Made by a program: the position numbers and the translations under genes. Positions 1 through 64,000 of a stretch of DNA of 64,000 bases are shown one piece after another. Under the pieces are notes generated by a model that did not search any database, was not told the DNA's origin, and was given only the letters and a program-made list of their open reading frames with translations. This DNA comes from Octopus vulgaris (taxonomy: Eukaryota), in contig OX597816.1 in the NCBI GenBank assembly GCA_951406725.2, positions 78,864,001 to 78,928,000 of the forward strand. The letters are read 5' to 3'. Position 1 is the stretch's first letter. Each line of letters begins with the position of its first letter.

Positions 1-1206
1 TAAATTACTTTGACTTTATATATCATTTTAAAGCCCGTTTTTCGCTCTATCTAATCGTGTTACTCTTTTTCTTATTAGGCCAATTTTTCCGGAACATTGA
101 ATACAACATGGACAAAAAGCAAATTTGCACGATTTTCTTATTCCAGTTCAAGCTAGGCCGAAAAACTGCTGAAACAGCTTGTGATTTCAACAATGCGTTT
201 GGCCCAGGAACCACTAATGAACGTAGAGCACAATGGTGGTTTAAGAAATTTCGTAGCTGTGACAGGAGTCTTGAAGATGATAAGCATAGTGGTTGGCCAT
301 TGGATGTTGACAACAATCAACTAAGAGCCTTAGTGGAAGCCAATCCATGCACAACTGTTCCAGAGCTTGCTTCTGAATTAGGTGTAACGTATATGACAAT
401 TTCCAACCACTTGAAAGAGATTGAAGAAACAAAAATACTTGAGAAATGGGTGCCGAACAAATTGAACGGCAACAAAAAAAAAACGCTGTTTTGAAGTGTC
501 GTCTTCCCTTCTTTTATGCAACAAGAATGACCCATTTCTCGACTGGATTGTAACTTGCGATGAAAAGTGGATTCTTTATGACAACTGGCGACGCTCAGCT
601 CAGTGGTTGGACAGCGACTAAGCTCCACGACACTTCTTGAAGCCAAAGTTGCACCAAAAGAATGTCATGGTGACTGTTTGGTGGTCTGTGGCTGGTATAA
701 TCCATCATAGTTTTTTGGATCCAGGTGAAACCATTACGGTGGAAAAGTACTGTCAGCAAATGGATGAAATGCATAAGAAACTCCAAAAACAACAGCCAGC
801 ATTGGTCAATAGGAAAGGACCAATTCTTCTCCATGACAATGCTCGGCTGCATGTCGCACAACTGACTCTGCAGAAGTTGAACGAATTGGACTACTAAACT
901 CTGCCTCATCCACCATACTCACCAGACCTCTCGCCTACTGACTACCACTTTTTCAAGCTTCTCGACAACTTCCTGCGTGAGAAATGCTTCATAAACCAAG
1001 ACGATGCCAAACTCATCTTCAACGACTTCATCACCACCCGAAAGCAGGATTTTTACGCTACTAGCATAAATAAACTTGTTTTGCGTTGGCTAAAGTGTTT
1101 TGATTCTGATAGTGTTTATTTTGATTAATATAGTTCTGTTTGAGCTGAGATATTTTCACCTCAATTTAAAGGTTAAAAACCACCAAGAACTTTCTTGACA
1201 ACCTAA
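1..1206 (+). mobile_element. Mariner (D,D34D) family A, decayed; left end outside window
   Basis: Frameshifted transposase with WVP, CDEKW-like, HDNA and YSPDLSPTDY motifs; TIR aagaactttcttgacaacctaa followed by TA. Confidence 0.93.
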
Positions 1207-1263
1207 TAATACAATGCTCTTATAAAATGATAATTATTTCTTCTTTCCTTCTCACACCTACAG

Positions 1264-61467
<60,204 letters not shown>

Positions 61468-61946
61468 TTTAATTTTATAATTAACTTCCAATTAATTTCT
61501 AATTAATTCTAATTTTTTTTTCTGATTATTATATATTTTTTAAAATTCCAGCCCCACATCATTACAGATCTCAGTGCTGTTTCCTCTTTTTTGTCACGAT
61601 CCACCTTGGTATACTCCTCCCTATGTGTTTCTTGTGTGTCATATATATATGTATGTGTGTGTGTATATATGTATATATACACTTTTACATGTTTCACTCA
61701 TTTGACACTGGCCATGCTGGAACACAGCCTTAAAGAGTTTTAGCTGAAGAAATTGAACCCCCAAGAGTTATTCTTTGTAAGCCTAGTTACTTTATATTCT
61801 ACCGGTGTCTTTTTGCTGAACCACTATGTCATGGAGTGGAGGGGGAGGAAGATGTAAACGCATCAAGACTGTTCAAGTGGTAATGGAGGACACACAGACA
61901 CACACAAATATATATACATATATATTTATATATATATGTGTGTGTG

Positions 61947-61977
<31 letters not shown>

Positions 61978-63699
61978 CTGTGTGTATGTATAACATGTTT
62001 CTTTCAGTTTCTGTCTACCAAATCCATTCACAAGGCTTTTGTTGGCCCGTGGCTATAGTAGATGATGTTTGCCCAAGGTGCCGCACAGTAGGATTGAACC
62101 ATGTAGTTAGGAAGCAAGCGTTTTACCACACAAGCCACACATGCATACACGCATACGCATGCACGCATGCACACACACACACTCAAACACATATATTTAT
62201 ATTATTACAAATTTGAGATTTTACCAATAGAACCAAACTCCTATTTCAGGATAACCTTATTGTATGGAATACACATAGAAAGTTATATCCAATAAAATAA
62301 TATAAGCATGTAAAAAACCTACTATAAAATACAATAAAATTATTTGAAAACTTCTTATATAACTTACCTGTTATTAGTCTGTGGAGGAAGAAGATATTTT
62401 TAATGAACGCTTCATGTGTTTCTGTGCTGGTGGGGAGTTTATAAAGGCTATACCTAATGCATAAATCTACCAGTGTGTCCTCAGGCTATTTATCTTATTG
62501 TTATTATTATCATTAACAAATCAAAGTTAAGAATACATATTATAAGTCATATTAAATAGAAAAAATAAGAATATGAATAAAAAATATATAAATTACAAAT
62601 ATATTTTTTAAAGAATTAAAAAATTAAACAAGTTGAGAGAGGTATTACTGGCCAGTATTGAAGTGAGAGGAGTAAAATGCCGACATAAGAATAACTTTAT
62701 CTGTATATATGAGGCAGGATGTGTGTGTGTACATGAATGTAGTTTATGCACATCCACAAATTAGCACACATGTCACTCCAATTTTAGGAGGACATTTGTC
62801 ACCACCCTATCTGGGTTTTGTCAACTTATTTTTTCCCGAGGCACCCGTGGATATCGGTAAAAATCTATTTTCAACCATTACTTTTACCAATTTTGAAATT
62901 TGCTAACATGAGTAAGTCCCTTGTTGCCATAGTCAAGTGAATGTGTGTGTGTATGAGGGAGAGAGATAAGTTGTGTGTTGATGTATGTGTGTGTGTGTGT
63001 GTGTGTCAGGGAGAGAGAGAGTGTGTTTGACAGCATCTAACAAAAAAAGTAAAGAAAAGGTATGTATAAGGGAGAGAGTTTGACTGCATCTAACAAAAAA
63101 GAAGGTAAAGACAAAGTGAGAGAGAGAGTAAATAAATGACAGCGTTCATCAAAAATAAAAATGTAAAATGTTTTTTTTTCTTCTTAAACACGAGATATAG
63201 TCTTCAAATTTAGGATGTTTTTGAAAGACACTATATTTCATAATCAGATTATATATACTTTCCCACACAACAATTAAAATATATTCTAAATTGTTCATGT
63301 TTCTCCCTCCTCTCTCACACACACACATTACATTGGGCGCGAAAGAGTTTTGTTTATATTTTACGCCGAAGAAAAAGTGATTTGTTGAGGATCCATTTAT
63401 TTAACAACAAAGAAACAAAGAGGCAGGTAACAATTTGTCAGTGTATTACACAATATAAATGGGTACAATTTCCAAGGCTTCCCCCATACCACAAAAAGGG
63501 TTTTGTAGCATTGTAGGAAGCCAGAGTAGTTGATTCTATGCAAAAAATCCGATTTTTTTTTCTTAGTGAAAATCGTGCGAGTGTTAATCTACAAATTTAC
63601 CAACATCTTTTCCATTCATTTCTGTTTATGAATATGTATGCGTAGAAAAAACATATGCAAAAGGTGTACGTACATGTGTGTAAGTGTGTGTGTGTTGCC

Positions 63700-64000
63700 C
63701 ATATATATATTTATATTATTTATATTATATTATATTATATTATATTATATTATATTATATTATATTATATTATATTATATTATATTATATTTATTATTAT
63801 ATTATATTATATTATATTATATTATTATATTATATTATATTATATTATATTATATTATATTATATTATATTATATTATATTATATTATATTTATTATATT
63901 TATTATATTTATTATATTTATTATATTATATTGTATTTATTATATTATATTATATTATATTATATTATATTATATTTATTATATTTATTATATTATATTT
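63700..64000. repeat. (ATATT)n pentanucleotide satellite
   Basis: Directly visible to the window end. Confidence 0.95.

Noticed and set aside
62362-62500. Minus-strand exon ending in caggtaagt
   Set aside because: Only a donor-like motif; no recognisable coding sequence or partner exon

Overview
AT-rich, repeat-dense eukaryotic DNA. The SINE, RTE and Penelope repertoire suggests an octopus or other coleoid cephalopod (inference). One protein-coding gene spans almost the whole window on the + strand: a BCAS3/Rudhira orthologue (WD40 beta-propeller autophagy protein). I could splice 16 coding exons (1264-61467, all GT-AG, one open frame of about 760 aa to TAA at 61465-61467); its 5' exons lie upstream of the window. 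The introns hold decayed mobile elements: several mariner and Tc1 families, many RTE LINE 3' ends with tandem-repeat UTRs, Dong/R4, CR1 and Penelope fragments, tRNA-derived SINEs, a probable solo LTR and a foldback element. The most notable signal is a non-coding unit of about 357 bp present twice as partial tandem arrays (47834-48250, 56735-57268). Each array carries a type I hammerhead ribozyme fold on the minus strand, making it a candidate non-LTR retrozyme. Further hammerhead-like motifs are scattered through the window, including a palindromic two-strand pair. Most ORFs in the supplied track are microsatellite or TE artefacts. Repeat boundaries are approximate unless a TIR or TSD is quoted.
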